A stretch of DNA of 24,091 nucleotides from a virus, in the IMG/VR virus record IMGVR_UViG_3300028663_000009, positions 1-24,091 of that record; one strand, 5' to 3'. A program made the translations under genes and the position numbers. This document shows, in pieces, positions 1 to 8,953 of this stretch; the stretch's first letter is position 1, and each line of letters starts with the position of its first letter. The notes below the pieces were generated by a model. The model worked only from the letters and a program-made list of their open reading frames with translations. It did no database searches and had not been told where the DNA came from.

Positions 1-189
1 ATGACTGTCTTTCAAATCTCGTCCATGTCAGTAAGGTGGGGTGGTGCCGTAGTGGCGTACTCCGCTATGGGCTTTGCACTGCCATTAGAAAGCCTCTTTA
101 TGGGTATTGTAGTTATTTCTGCAGCGATTGCAGCCTCCATCATGCTGGAAGCAAATCGGCAGATCCAGCGAGGCATCATCTACTCCTAA
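1..189 (+). CDS. Small hydrophobic (membrane) protein, probably 5'-truncated by the window edge, low GC
   Basis: Two hydrophobic stretches (GGAVVAYSAMGFAL, LFMGIVVISAAIAASIML); visibly more AT-rich than the structural genes. Confidence 0.5.
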   Translation: MTVFQISSMSVRWGGAVVAYSAMGFALPLESLFMGIVVISAAIAASIMLEANRQIQRGIIYS

Positions 190-341
190 GAGAACTATAA
201 AGAAACGCCAGATATCGGTGCAGTCTGTTAGTTTATAGAACTATTATCACTTACTGTGACTGTAACGGCTGTCTCTACTTCGATCCCCGACCGAGGCAAC
301 GACGACGTCGGGATCCGGGACAGCCAGCGCCTTCTCCTACC

Positions 342-461
342 ATGTCCACCACAGCCCACACCGTCGACGATGACCCCGGCGAGCAGCCGCCCCGATCGTT
401 CGAACACGCACTGCGCTTGCTGATTCCATCCGATCACGTCGACGTGATCGAGGAGGTCTGA
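342..461 (+). CDS. Small acidic hypothetical protein (39 aa) or 3' remnant of a gene
   Basis: MSTTAHTVDDDPGEQPPRSFEHALRLLIPSDHVDVIEEV*; halophile codon style; stop lies 5 nt before the next ATG. Confidence 0.35.
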   Translation: MSTTAHTVDDDPGEQPPRSFEHALRLLIPSDHVDVIEEV

Positions 462-466
462 GGACG

Positions 467-738
467 ATGCCTGAACAACTCCCCGGAAGTCGCCGACGAA
501 CCGCCCGCTGCTCGACTCGTCTACCTCGCCCTCGAGGGAAGCGTCCTCGACCAGCACGACCTCGCCGACCGGACTGGGCTGACAACCCGCCGGATCCGCG
601 AGGTTGCGAGTACGCTCGACGAGAAAGGACATGATCGCGTCGTATCGTCACCCGTCGGACGCCCGTCGAAACATCTATTTCGACCCCGAGGCGTTCGACG
701 CGATTGAGGCCCACCAGCGCTATACCAGTAGTCAATAA
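467..738 (+). CDS. Winged-HTH (MarR/TrmB-like) transcription regulator, 2 indels (~482, ~630)
   Basis: Reconstructed MPEQLPEVADEPPAARLVYLALEGSVLDQHDLADRTGLTTRRIREVASTLDEKG/MIASYRHPSDARRNIYFD resembles the haloarchaeal wHTH pattern 'PPSAKLVY..LE...LTQ..I......RTVR.AL..L.......DARQ..Y'. Missing from the ORF track because of the frameshifts. Confidence 0.7.
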
Positions 739-846
739 CTTGGTTTCTTTATTTAGGAGTAGATTATGAAACTTATGTTCAGTATGGGGGGACACACTTC
801 GGTCAGTGCAAAACGAGACCAGTCGCCACAGAGAAGCGGTTCCAAA

Positions 847-957
847 TCAGAGTATATTGAAATACTGCAATGATGCGATAACCACAATTGCTAAAACCAG
901 TATCAAAAGCTGTATCTTTGGATCAACGTCCTTGCGAATTCGAAAGCCCCAATCCAT
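847..957 (-). CDS. 36-aa single-TM peptide in a low-GC patch, antisense to the late operon
   Basis: MDWGFRIRKDVDPKIQLLILVLAIVVIASLQYFNIL*: basic N-terminus followed by a ~22-aa hydrophobic helix. Confidence 0.45.
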   Translation of the reverse strand: MDWGFRIRKDVDPKIQLLILVLAIVVIASLQYFNIL

Positions 958-1142
958 GATTCCAACAATTAAATAATTCCACTCCATCTACATGAATCTT
1001 GGGCGGGCGTCATGCACAAGGTAAGCATCTGCAGTTACCGAAGGACGTAATCCAGCTTCAATCCTGCCTCTGAAGAAAGCGACTCCGCTACCATCCACTG
1101 ATATAGTCAAACAATCGGAAAAGTAACGTTCGTTGTCTACTC

Positions 1143-1221
1143 TTTATGCCCGACTGTCGATATACCTGATAACAACGCGTTTCTCCTGGGGTCGTTGGTA
1201 GCGGCCCGGGGCCCCAGAGCT
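1143..1221 (+). promoter_or_regulatory. Putative late-operon promoter (TTTATG box 1143-1148) and GC-rich structured 5' leader
   Basis: TATA-like element at the AT-to-GC boundary; inverted repeats CTGGGG(1186-1191)/CCCCAG(1212-1217) with an internal GGGTCGTT-GGT-AGCGGCCC hairpin ending just before ATG 1222. Confidence 0.4.
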
Positions 1222-1924
1222 ATGTCTGTCCACACATCCACCCCACCCCAGAGCGTCGAGTGCGGACAGTGCGGTGATCAGTTCCTCTCCCCGCCACCTG
1301 CGGGCTCGTTCTGTTCGCCGAAATGCCACACCGAACACCGCCGCGAGAAGCTCGCAGACGACTTCTTCGAGACGCTCGAGCACGATCATCGATTCTGCTC
1401 GACGTGTGGGCGTCAGACCAAGGAGATCGAAAAGCCCCCCGGAACGCAACTCCGCGGGAAGTCGATCACCGACGCGGCGATCGGCTGGGAACACGTCACC
1501 GAGCACGGCGAGTTCGGCGTGAAATCGAGCGTCGTCCAGGACGACGATGACGATGAGCCCGACGTTCCCGATCTCGACTTCGAGGACGGTCACGATCCGG
1601 TCTACGTCTTCGAACTCGGCGACGAAACCCACAACGTCGGCACCTACCGCGACTTCCGGAACCCCCTCGAGCCGTCGATCCGAGCTGACGAACCAGTCCC
1701 GACGGGCACGATCTGTCGGTGCGGGCAGACTGATCACAAGCACGAGTCCGGAAACTCTCCGCAAACGGCTCCCGTTCACCACTGCCCACTACCTGACACT
1801 CGCTGTCGATACCCTCCGCGCCGAGGAGAAGACCGACATCCGAGTCGATCGGGAGCAGCTGTTCGACACTGTCCTCGAGGGCGCGTCGACCCGGGAGGCG
1901 TTCGCCTCGGCGGTGGTCCTCTGA
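1222..1924 (+). CDS. Multi-Zn-finger hypothetical protein, 1 indel (~1765-1790)
   Basis: CGQC, CSPKC, CSTC and CRCG motifs in ORF 1195..2109; acidic C-terminus TTAHYLTLAVDTLRAEEKTD...SAVVL* from ORF 1547..1924. Confidence 0.65.
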
Positions 1925-2109
1925 TGACGGTCCAGCCGATCGAGGGGCTGCCGGTGGAGATCCGCTTCGCCGGCCGTCGCCTCGGGGGCGTCGTCGACGA
2001 AGTCCGCTGGACGCCCACCTGGGGCGAGCCCCGTTCGGAGATCGTCGTCGACGCCGACGGCACGACGATCACCACCGGGCGGGCGAACGTCCGACCAATC
2101 AGTCACTGA
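1924..2109 (+). CDS. Small beta-rich hypothetical protein (61 aa)
   Basis: MTVQPIEGLPVEIRFAGRRLGGVVDEVRW...; ATG overlaps the upstream TGA. Confidence 0.55.
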   Translation: MTVQPIEGLPVEIRFAGRRLGGVVDEVRWTPTWGEPRSEIVVDADGTTITTGRANVRPISH

Positions 2110-2115
2110 TTCACT

Positions 2116-2690
2116 ATGGAACCGCCCCTGCCCCGACGCACCGATCGACCCCATCGCCCGTACAACCCTCTACGATGTCGGCGAGGGCGAGACCGCGACT
2201 GGGAGAGTCCACCGGTACGAGGGACTGAACCTCATCTCGGGCGGCCCCACCATCACGCGTCCAGCCGGACGGTCACGTCGGATCGGTCGGCACGATCCGC
2301 CCGGACGACGTACGGCGACGTCCTGTCGCTCTTCGGTCGCCGACGTTGGCGAGTCCGTCCAGATGTGGCGCGTTTCGAGGAGGACGAACTCATCGAATGC
2401 CATCCCGTTGGTCACCACCGACGAATCGAAACGACGGAGATGATCGCCGGTCGTTCCCGATCGATCCCGCTCGGTCTGTCGTCTGGATGTCGTCGACCGG
2501 TCACCGGAGGGGGCCTCGGGGCAACGCCGGGGTCGGCTACGGGACCCCTCGCCGCCCGTCACTCGCTTCGGGGCGGCTGGTCACCGCGACTGTTAGAGAT
2601 CCCACGGCTACGAGGGACCCGGCGCCGGGATTCGGCAAAAGCCTCGCAGACGCGACCCGGCGCACCCGTTTTCATACTGATCCACCATGA
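2116..2690 (+). CDS. Hypothetical protein, heavily frameshifted; boundaries uncertain
   Basis: Fills the gap between coupled genes; patches of plausible acidic reading (CPDAPIDPIARTTLYDVGEGETATG; ARFEEDELIECHP; FPIDPARSVVWMS) occur in different frames. Confidence 0.3.
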
Positions 2691-3291
2691 TCACCGCACT
2701 CCCAGACGACGTCGTCTTCCTCGCCGGCGTCGCCATCGTGTCGCTCTCACTACTCGCTCGGCTCTACGCTGGCGAGCACGTCTTCAACGACCGGGCCCGT
2801 TTCTGGGGCCCGCTTCGGCGACACGCGATCCCGCTCTTGCACCGACTGTTCCAACGACACGACGAGGACCTCTACGCCGAGACCGAGATCGGCACCAACC
2901 AGGTCGTCGATACCGTCGATCGGTCACCGGAAGCTATCCCTCGAGGACCTCGCCGACGCTGGCTACGAACCCCAACCGCTGGCAAGCTTCGCCCGTGACT
3001 GGCTCGATCGACCGGAGGTAGCCAGCTGGGCGCGCTACGAGGGACCGGCCCCGTTCCACGGTGCGCCGCACTTCCTTCGTCCACGGCAGGTCCACGTCCG
3101 ACTGTTCGAGACCGACGAGGGCACCATGATCACCGCCCACGAGGAGGCGACGTCGTGGCGTCCCGACCAGTGGCGCGATCACTACCGCGGCGAGACGATG
3201 GACGTCGAGACCGGCGTCGTCATGGTGGCGTTCGATCTCGACCTGAACCACGCCATCGAGCGCGGAGATCGCCGACCCGATCGAGGCCTGA
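2687..3291 (+). CDS. N-terminally membrane-anchored protein with a His/Glu-motif soluble domain, indels at ~2939 and probably ~3262
   Basis: TM segment VVFLAGVAIVSLSLLARLYAG, then frame 3 reads LEDLADAGYEPQPLAS...SWARYEGP...RQVHVRLF...TAHEEATSWRPDQWRDHYRGE. A TGA TAG double stop at 3289-3294 follows EIADPIEA in frame 1. Confidence 0.6.
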
Positions 3292-3299
3292 TAGATGCC

Positions 3300-3616
3300 A
3301 TGTCGACGAAACCAAAGAAATCCGATCCGCTGGACCGCGCGAGAATCGAACTCATCTGCCTGGGGAGAACACTGATGCCCGACGACGAAACTCTCGAACG
3401 GACGATTGGCACGCTCGCCCTGTTCGTCGTCTGGGCAGCGATCGTCCTCGGCCGATGTTCACCGGCGCCGACCCGGCGCGCTACGAGATCGTCATCGGGA
3501 CGACCGCGATCGTGTTCACCGTTCTCCGGAAGATGTGGGACTTCGAAGTCAAGCGAGCGCTCAACGCGGACGCTCACCGACGGCGGCCAGTTCTGGAGGA
3601 CACCGAGGACGACTGA
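3300..3616 (+). CDS. Small 2-TM membrane protein (holin-like topology), 1 indel (~3450)
   Basis: TM1 TIGTLALFVVWAAIVLG, TM2 YEIVIGTTAIVFTVL, charged C-terminal tail RKMWDFEVKRAL...EDTEDD. Confidence 0.6.
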
Positions 3617-3618
3617 CT

Positions 3619-3823
3619 ATGACCTATCACTACGAGTGTGACGGATTCTGCAAACCGGGCACGATCTATGATGGACGCCCAGCGCTTACCGCAGAGTTCA
3701 ACGAGCAGTTCTTTGAGTCGACGCGGATCGGTGGGCAGCTCGCACGAGCACGAGTTCGGGGCCGGCGACCTGATTACGCTCTGCTCGGAGTGTACTCGCC
3801 GGCTTTTGATTGACTTTCCATGA
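3619..3823 (+). CDS. Small Zn-binding hypothetical protein, 1 indel (~3745)
   Basis: MTYHYECDGFC...HEFGAGDLITLCSECTRRLLIDFP* with paired CxxxC/CxxC motifs. Confidence 0.55.
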
Positions 3824-4100
3824 CGGACTCGAGAGACCGCCATCGTGAACGCACGAAGAGCGCGCGGCGGTCGACGCTGTCCGGGCTGTGGCCGCTCGTT
3901 TGAGATGGCCACTCGAGTGGACGTCCACCATCGCGACCAGGACGAACGGAACGGTCATCCGTCGAACCTCCGGAAGCGCTGCGAGAAGTGCCATCTCGAG
4001 GGCGAGCACGATCGCCCCGACGACGTCGAAGTCGAAGACCCCGTCCGGACTCTCTCGACGAGGACCTCGCGGCGTGAGCCGGAGCGGACCGCCGCGATGA
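3820..4100 (+). CDS. HNH endonuclease (packaging-associated position); 3' end either 4100 or 4141
   Basis: RCPGCG...VDVHHRDQDERNGHPSNLRKRCEKCH: CxxC + HH...N...N...CxxCH signature; lies immediately before terS. Confidence 0.85.
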
Positions 4101-4137
4101 ACTCACCACTGACACTCCACCCCGCAACGAATCACCA

Positions 4138-4769
4138 ATGACAGACAACGAAGACCTCGAGAGTACGAGATCTCGAGCGACCCACTCGAGATGAGAGTGG
4201 CCATGCGATCCATCCGGAACGAGGCCACCGTATCTGCGGCGCCGTCAAGTCGGACCGGACGACCCCGACCGAGCACGGCCGCGAACGCGACGACTCCCCT
4301 ACTGCACTGCCTGCTGGCGGCCGGCGTGGGATGGACCGATCCATCGGAAGGCACCTGCAGTAAACATCCAGTGACGACAACAGTGGGGCGAGTCCAACCC
4401 AAACCACAGCACGGTGGCTACTCCGAGTTCCAGGACTTCATGCAGGAGGGCCTGACCGAGGACGAGGCCGCGGCAATCGAGGCGCTGGACCTCGAGGAGC
4501 ACGGCGACGACTTCGCGGCGGACGTCGTCAAGGAAGCGTACGCGAAGTACCTTCGGACGGCTGACGATCGCTTCCTCCGCGAGGCCCGTCAGTGGGCCGC
4601 GGACTTCGGCGTGATCGAGAAGCCCGCCGACAAGCTCGAGGCGACGGTCGATGCCGATGTCGACCAGACGACCACGCAGGAACTCGGCGAGGACGAGAAA
4701 GAGATCGCTCGAGAGCTGATCCGGCAGAAACAGCAGCACTCTGCAGGAGGCGACGATACCGATGAGTAG
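4138..4769 (+). CDS. terS: Terminase small subunit, several indels in the 5' half
   Basis: Fragments HRICGAVKSDR and GWTDPSEGTCSKH...HGGYSEF match the 'ICGAK...GWGT...G.C..HGG...HG.YS' type of TerS; the gene overlaps the start of terL. Confidence 0.7.
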
Positions 4770-6394
4770 CCTCCTCGACGCCGACGACGTCGACGGCAGC
4801 GCCGAGCAACTCCTCGAGCTCGTCTCCGACCCGGAGACCAAACGTGATCTCCTCAACCCGTTCGAGACGGGCGACTGGATCACGTACGCGAACGAGCTCA
4901 CTCGGAACTACATGGCCGAGGAGATGGAGGACGACCAGTACTACCTCCTCGGCGACCATCACGAGCGCTGGCTCGAGGGCTTCGATGGCGGCGATCGCGT
5001 CCTGCTCTGTCATCGCGACGGGCTGAAGACGACGATCACGCTGGCGTACCTCATCGCCTCGCTCGAGTACAAGGACGGCTTCCGAGCGGTCTGGGCGATG
5101 AACAACCAGGGCTCGGTCAAGAAGAAAGCCGACACCGAGTTCTGGAAGTTCGTCGAACGCAACGAGTGGCTGACGAACCTGAACGGGCCGCGAAAGAAGG
5201 ACACGATCGAGGCGAAGGTGGGCCCACGGTTCGATGCTCAACGCCGGCTGGCTCTTCGGCGGGATCGAGGGCGATCGCGCCCACCTACTCGTTCTGGACG
5301 ACATCATCAAGGAGAAGGAGACGGGGACACCGAGGACGTTCTCGACTGGATCCAGGCCGTCTCCGTCCCGATGGTCAAGGAGGGTGGTCGGACCGTCATG
5401 ATCGGGACCGGAAGCGACCGGCCGATATCTACAACGACTATCGGTCGCTCGAGGGCTACGAGTTCGACGAGTATCCCGCGATCCTCGACTTCTGGGATCA
5501 GCAGTTCGGCGCCGACGACGATTGGCAGGATCGCCGGCCTGATCCCGAGCTCTACACCGAGGTCGCTGATCCGTGGAACGAAGGCGAGACACTCCAGGTA
5601 CTCTGGCCCGAGGCTCGAGGCCCACAGTGGCTCGAGAACAAACGGTCGCAGATGGCCGACCACCGCTTCTGGCGAGAGTACTGCCTCGTCATCATGGGCT
5701 CGAGCGGGAACCTGATCGAGGCGACCGACGTTCGGAAGCCGGCCGCGGAGGGCGGCTGCTCGATCGACGATCGTGACCCGCCGCCGAAGTACCGCGCTGG
5801 TCCGGGCGAGGCGATCATCCTGGGCCACGACCCAGCGAACTCGCCGACCGGCGACGACGCTGCCTTCTCGGTCTGGCTCCTGCAGCGCGACGGTCGACGT
5901 CGTCTTCTGGACGCCCACGCCGAGGCGGGGATGAAACCCAGCGAGGTGAAGAACCAACTCCTCGAGTTCGACCGGCGGTACGACCCCGCGCTGATCGTGA
6001 TCGAGGATAACGGGATGCAGTCCTACGTCGCCGAGGACGCGATCGAGTTCGACGCCCAACTGGCCGCGAAGGTGACCGGGCTGACGACATCCGGGCAGAA
6101 ACACAGCTGGGAGAACGGCATCCCGCGCATCCGGACGCTCGTCGATAACGGCTACATCCTCTTCCACCGCGGCCACCGGCCGACCGAGGACTTCATCACC
6201 GCGATGCAGTCCCTCGAGCGTCGCGACGGGAAGCTCCACGGTCACACGCCGGACCTCATCGCGTCGTGGTACATGGCCGAGAAGGGTTCCGGAAACTCGA
6301 GTCGATGGGCGCGCTCGACGACGTCGACGATCGCGACGCCGGCGACGAAGATGAGGGCGGCTCGGACGGTGGCAGCGGCGTCAGTTACCTCTAA
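4762..6394 (+). CDS. terL: Terminase large subunit, at least 4 indels
   Basis: Walker A-like LLCHRDGLKTT, Walker B HLLVLDDII (~5280-5310), coupling motif VMIGT, RNase H-like nuclease ILGHDPA...DDAA, VIEDNGMQ, TPDLIASWYMA; acidic tail ends GSGVSYL* at 6394. Confidence 0.92.
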
Positions 6395-6409
6395 CTCACC
6401 AGACAAAAC

Positions 6410-6809
6410 ATGAAGGAGATAATACCGAAGACAGTCAGACCAAAGAGCATCGACACCGACCAACTCATTGATCGACTCGATGAACTGGGTAATGTAGCCG
6501 AAGAACTCGAGGATATCAACCACGCGATCCGGGACCTCACAGACCGGGTTGAACGCGTTGAAGACGAAGCTGGGATCGATCACCAGCAACGAGCTCGACG
6601 AGCTGGCGAAAGAGACAGCGAACTCGATTGGCGAACAGCTTCTTCCATCGGAACCAGATGAGCCGCCGACTATCAGTATTCGGAACACACTCTACTCGAG
6701 CGATTTCACCCTGATTGGCCGGGACTGGGACACATTCGAACTCGAGGGTGTTGAGAGCGAGCCGGACATCCATCTCAAGCTGACCCAGCCACGAACTGAC
6801 GATGAGTAG
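6410..6809 (+). CDS. Hypothetical protein with an N-terminal coiled coil, inserted between terL and portal, 1 indel (~6570)
   Basis: LIDRLDELGNVAEELEDINHAIRDLTDRVERVE heptads joined to ITSNELDELAKE...TQPRTDDE*; lower GC than the flanks. Confidence 0.6.
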
Positions 6810-6980
6810 CTTTCAGTACCTCGGCATGGACATGGATGTCTGGGACTTCAAGACTACGGCAATTTCCTGATGGTTATTGGAAAGGTTGACGACCGGGTTG
6901 TCTCGTTCGAATGCCGGCACGGCCCAAATTTCCTTGACGGACTCCCCCCACACCGAGGAGGGTTCGGTAGCGATGAGTAA
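6802..6980 (+). CDS. Small hypothetical protein (~59 aa), 1 indel (~6850)
   Basis: MSSFQYLGMDMDVWDF/DYGNFLMVIGKVDDRVVSFECRHGPNFLDGLPPHRGGFGSDE*; overlaps both neighbours by 8 nt, as expected for translational coupling. Confidence 0.4.
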
Positions 6981-8862
6981 CTCCGAAGACGACCAATCGT
7001 CCGAGATCTCACTTTCAGTATCGACCCTCGGCAACGGGGAGACGATGGAGAAGGCCCGCGAGACGACGCAACTCGATGAGCGCCGGATCGCGATCGACGC
7101 CGGCCTCGGGATCCAGCCGCCGTACAACCCGGAGACGCTGGCTGCCTTCCAAGAGATCAACGAGACCCACCAGGCTTGCGTTCGGAAGAAGTCTCGGTAC
7201 GAGGTCGGCTATGGCTTCGATATCGTGCCCCACCCGCAGGCAGATGACCCGGATCCAGATGGCGAGGATCACGATGCCGTCGAGACGCTCTGGCACGGAG
7301 CCACCTCGAGCTGGCAGATCGGGCCCCAGGGGACAGCCGCATCGACGCCGGAGGAAGTCCTCGAACTCGCTCGACAGGACTACCACGGGGTCGGCTGGGC
7401 TGCACTCGAGATCCTCGCCGAGGGCGACGGCACGCCGATCGGGTTGGCACACGTCCCGGCAACGACGGTCCGGGTGCGGAAGACGACGAAGAAGATCGAG
7501 ACCGAGGACGGGGAAGAGAAGGAGGTCATCCAGAGCGGCCACGGCTACCTCCAAGTCCGCCAGGGCCGCCGACGCTACTTCGGTGAGGCTGGCGACCGCT
7601 ACGGCGACGATCCGATCTTCGTCGACAGGGAGACCGGGAAGACTGCCTCGAGCGCAAAAGAACTCAAGAACGATCCCGCGAATGAACTCATCTTCATCCC
7701 GAACCCGTCGCCGCTGTCGCTGTACTACGGGATCCCCGACTGGGTCGCGGCCATGCAGACGATGGGGGCCGACCAGGCGGCGAAGGAGTGGAACCACGAC
7801 CTCTTCGACCACCACGGCATCCCCTACTACGTCGTGAAGGTCACAGGTGGGACGCTCACGGAGGACTCGAAGGACGAACTCCGGGACCTGATGGACAACC
7901 TGAAGGGAACCCGCTACCGGACGGCGATCCTCGAGGTCGAGGAGTTCGAGCAGAAAACGGACCTGAACGACGAGGACGGCAACGACGTCGAGATCGAACT
8001 GGAGCCGGTCGGCTCTCGCGACGATCTCGACATGGAGTTCCAGAAGTTCCGTGAACGCAACGAACACGAGATCGCGAAGGTTCACGAGGTGCCGCCGATC
8101 CTGATCAACGTCACGGACACCTCGAACCGGTCGAACTCGAAAGAGCAGGTCCGCGAGTTCGCCGAGGACGTCATCGCACCCGAGCAGAAAAAGTTCGAGG
8201 CCCGTCTCTACAAGATCCTCCACCAGACCGCACTCGGCGTCGACGACTGGACGATCCAGTTCGAACTCCGTGGCGCTGACCGACCCGAGAAGAACGCTCG
8301 AGTGGCCCGGAACCGCGTCGACGCTGCGGGCCGGGCGGTCACGATCGACGAGGCTCGAGAGGCCGCTGGCTGGGATCCGCTGCCCGACGACCATCCCACT
8401 GACGGCAACACCCTGCTCGCGGAACCCGGCGGCCGTCAGGGGCCGCCTGGGGTAGACGAACCATCGCTCGAGGACCAACTCCCGCCAGAGGAGAACAAGA
8501 TCGGCGAGCGCGACTGGACCGATGTCGAGGCTGACCTGGACGTCGTCGACGGCGTCGCGACAAAGGACCCGCTCGAACAAACGCAGTTCAGCAGCTCGAA
8601 TCTGAATGAGGGGCTCTACGACTTTGGGGAGCGGGAACTCTATCTGTCGTTCAAGCGTGACGAGGGCCAGAACTCCCAGTACGTCTACGTTGATGTCCCG
8701 GCAGCCGTCTGGGAGGCGCTCACCAGCGCCTCGAGTCACGGCAGCTACCACTACGACAACATCCGCCTCGAGTACGGCTATCTCGAGATCACGAACAACC
8801 ACGATCGTCTCCCGGAGGGCAAGTCCCGGATCGGGGACATCCCCGACGACATCCCACTGTAG
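6973..8862 (+). CDS. Portal protein with a C-terminal KTSC-like domain
   Basis: Position after terL; portal motifs YYGIPDW..A, NHDLFDHHGIP, EHEIAKVHEVPPILI, IAPEQKKFEARL, TIDEARE. ATG 6973 preferred over TTG 6877. KTSC-like segment at ~8584-8781. Confidence 0.9.
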   Translation: MSNSEDDQSSEISLSVSTLGNGETMEKARETTQLDERRIAIDAGLGIQPPYNPETLAAFQEINETHQACVRKKSRYEVGYGFDIVPHPQADDPDPDGEDHDAVETLWHGATSSWQIGPQGTAASTPEEVLELARQDYHGVGWAALEILAEGDGTPIGLAHVPATTVRVRKTTKKIETEDGEEKEVIQSGHGYLQVRQGRRRYFGEAGDRYGDDPIFVDRETGKTASSAKELKNDPANELIFIPNPSPLSLYYGIPDWVAAMQTMGADQAAKEWNHDLFDHHGIPYYVVKVTGGTLTEDSKDELRDLMDNLKGTRYRTAILEVEEFEQKTDLNDEDGNDVEIELEPVGSRDDLDMEFQKFRERNEHEIAKVHEVPPILINVTDTSNRSNSKEQVREFAEDVIAPEQKKFEARLYKILHQTALGVDDWTIQFELRGADRPEKNARVARNRVDAAGRAVTIDEAREAAGWDPLPDDHPTDGNTLLAEPGGRQGPPGVDEPSLEDQLPPEENKIGERDWTDVEADLDVVDGVATKDPLEQTQFSSSNLNEGLYDFGERELYLSFKRDEGQNSQYVYVDVPAAVWEALTSASSHGSYHYDNIRLEYGYLEITNNHDRLPEGKSRIGDIPDDIPL

Positions 8863-8953
8863 CAGCTGACGCGAACTGCTGATGCCGATGACCGTGAGCA
8901 CGGGAGCTCCCCGACTCCCCGTGCGAGCGAGGCCCGACCGGGACATTCTCACG

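Noticed and set aside
194-238. CTATAAA...TTTATAG inverted repeat
   Set aside because: 7-bp AT-rich arms, no transposase and no target duplication; too weak to call.
201-341. Stop-free frame with YCDCNGC upstream of ORF 342..461
   Set aside because: No start codon context; may be a remnant of a Zn-finger gene but cannot be supported.
1151-1159. CGAC-T-GTCG palindrome just after the TATA box, as an operator
   Set aside because: Only 4-bp arms of a tetramer that is ubiquitous in this DNA; not distinguishable from chance.
4762-6394. Split TerL, intein or programmed frameshifts
   Set aside because: No intein motifs, normal total length (~540 aa) and no phased slippery heptamers noticed; the shifts look like the window-wide indel noise.
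6877-6972. N-terminal extension of the portal from TTG 6877
   Set aside because: Non-acidic text; better explained by the overlapping small gene 6802..6980 and a start at ATG 6973.
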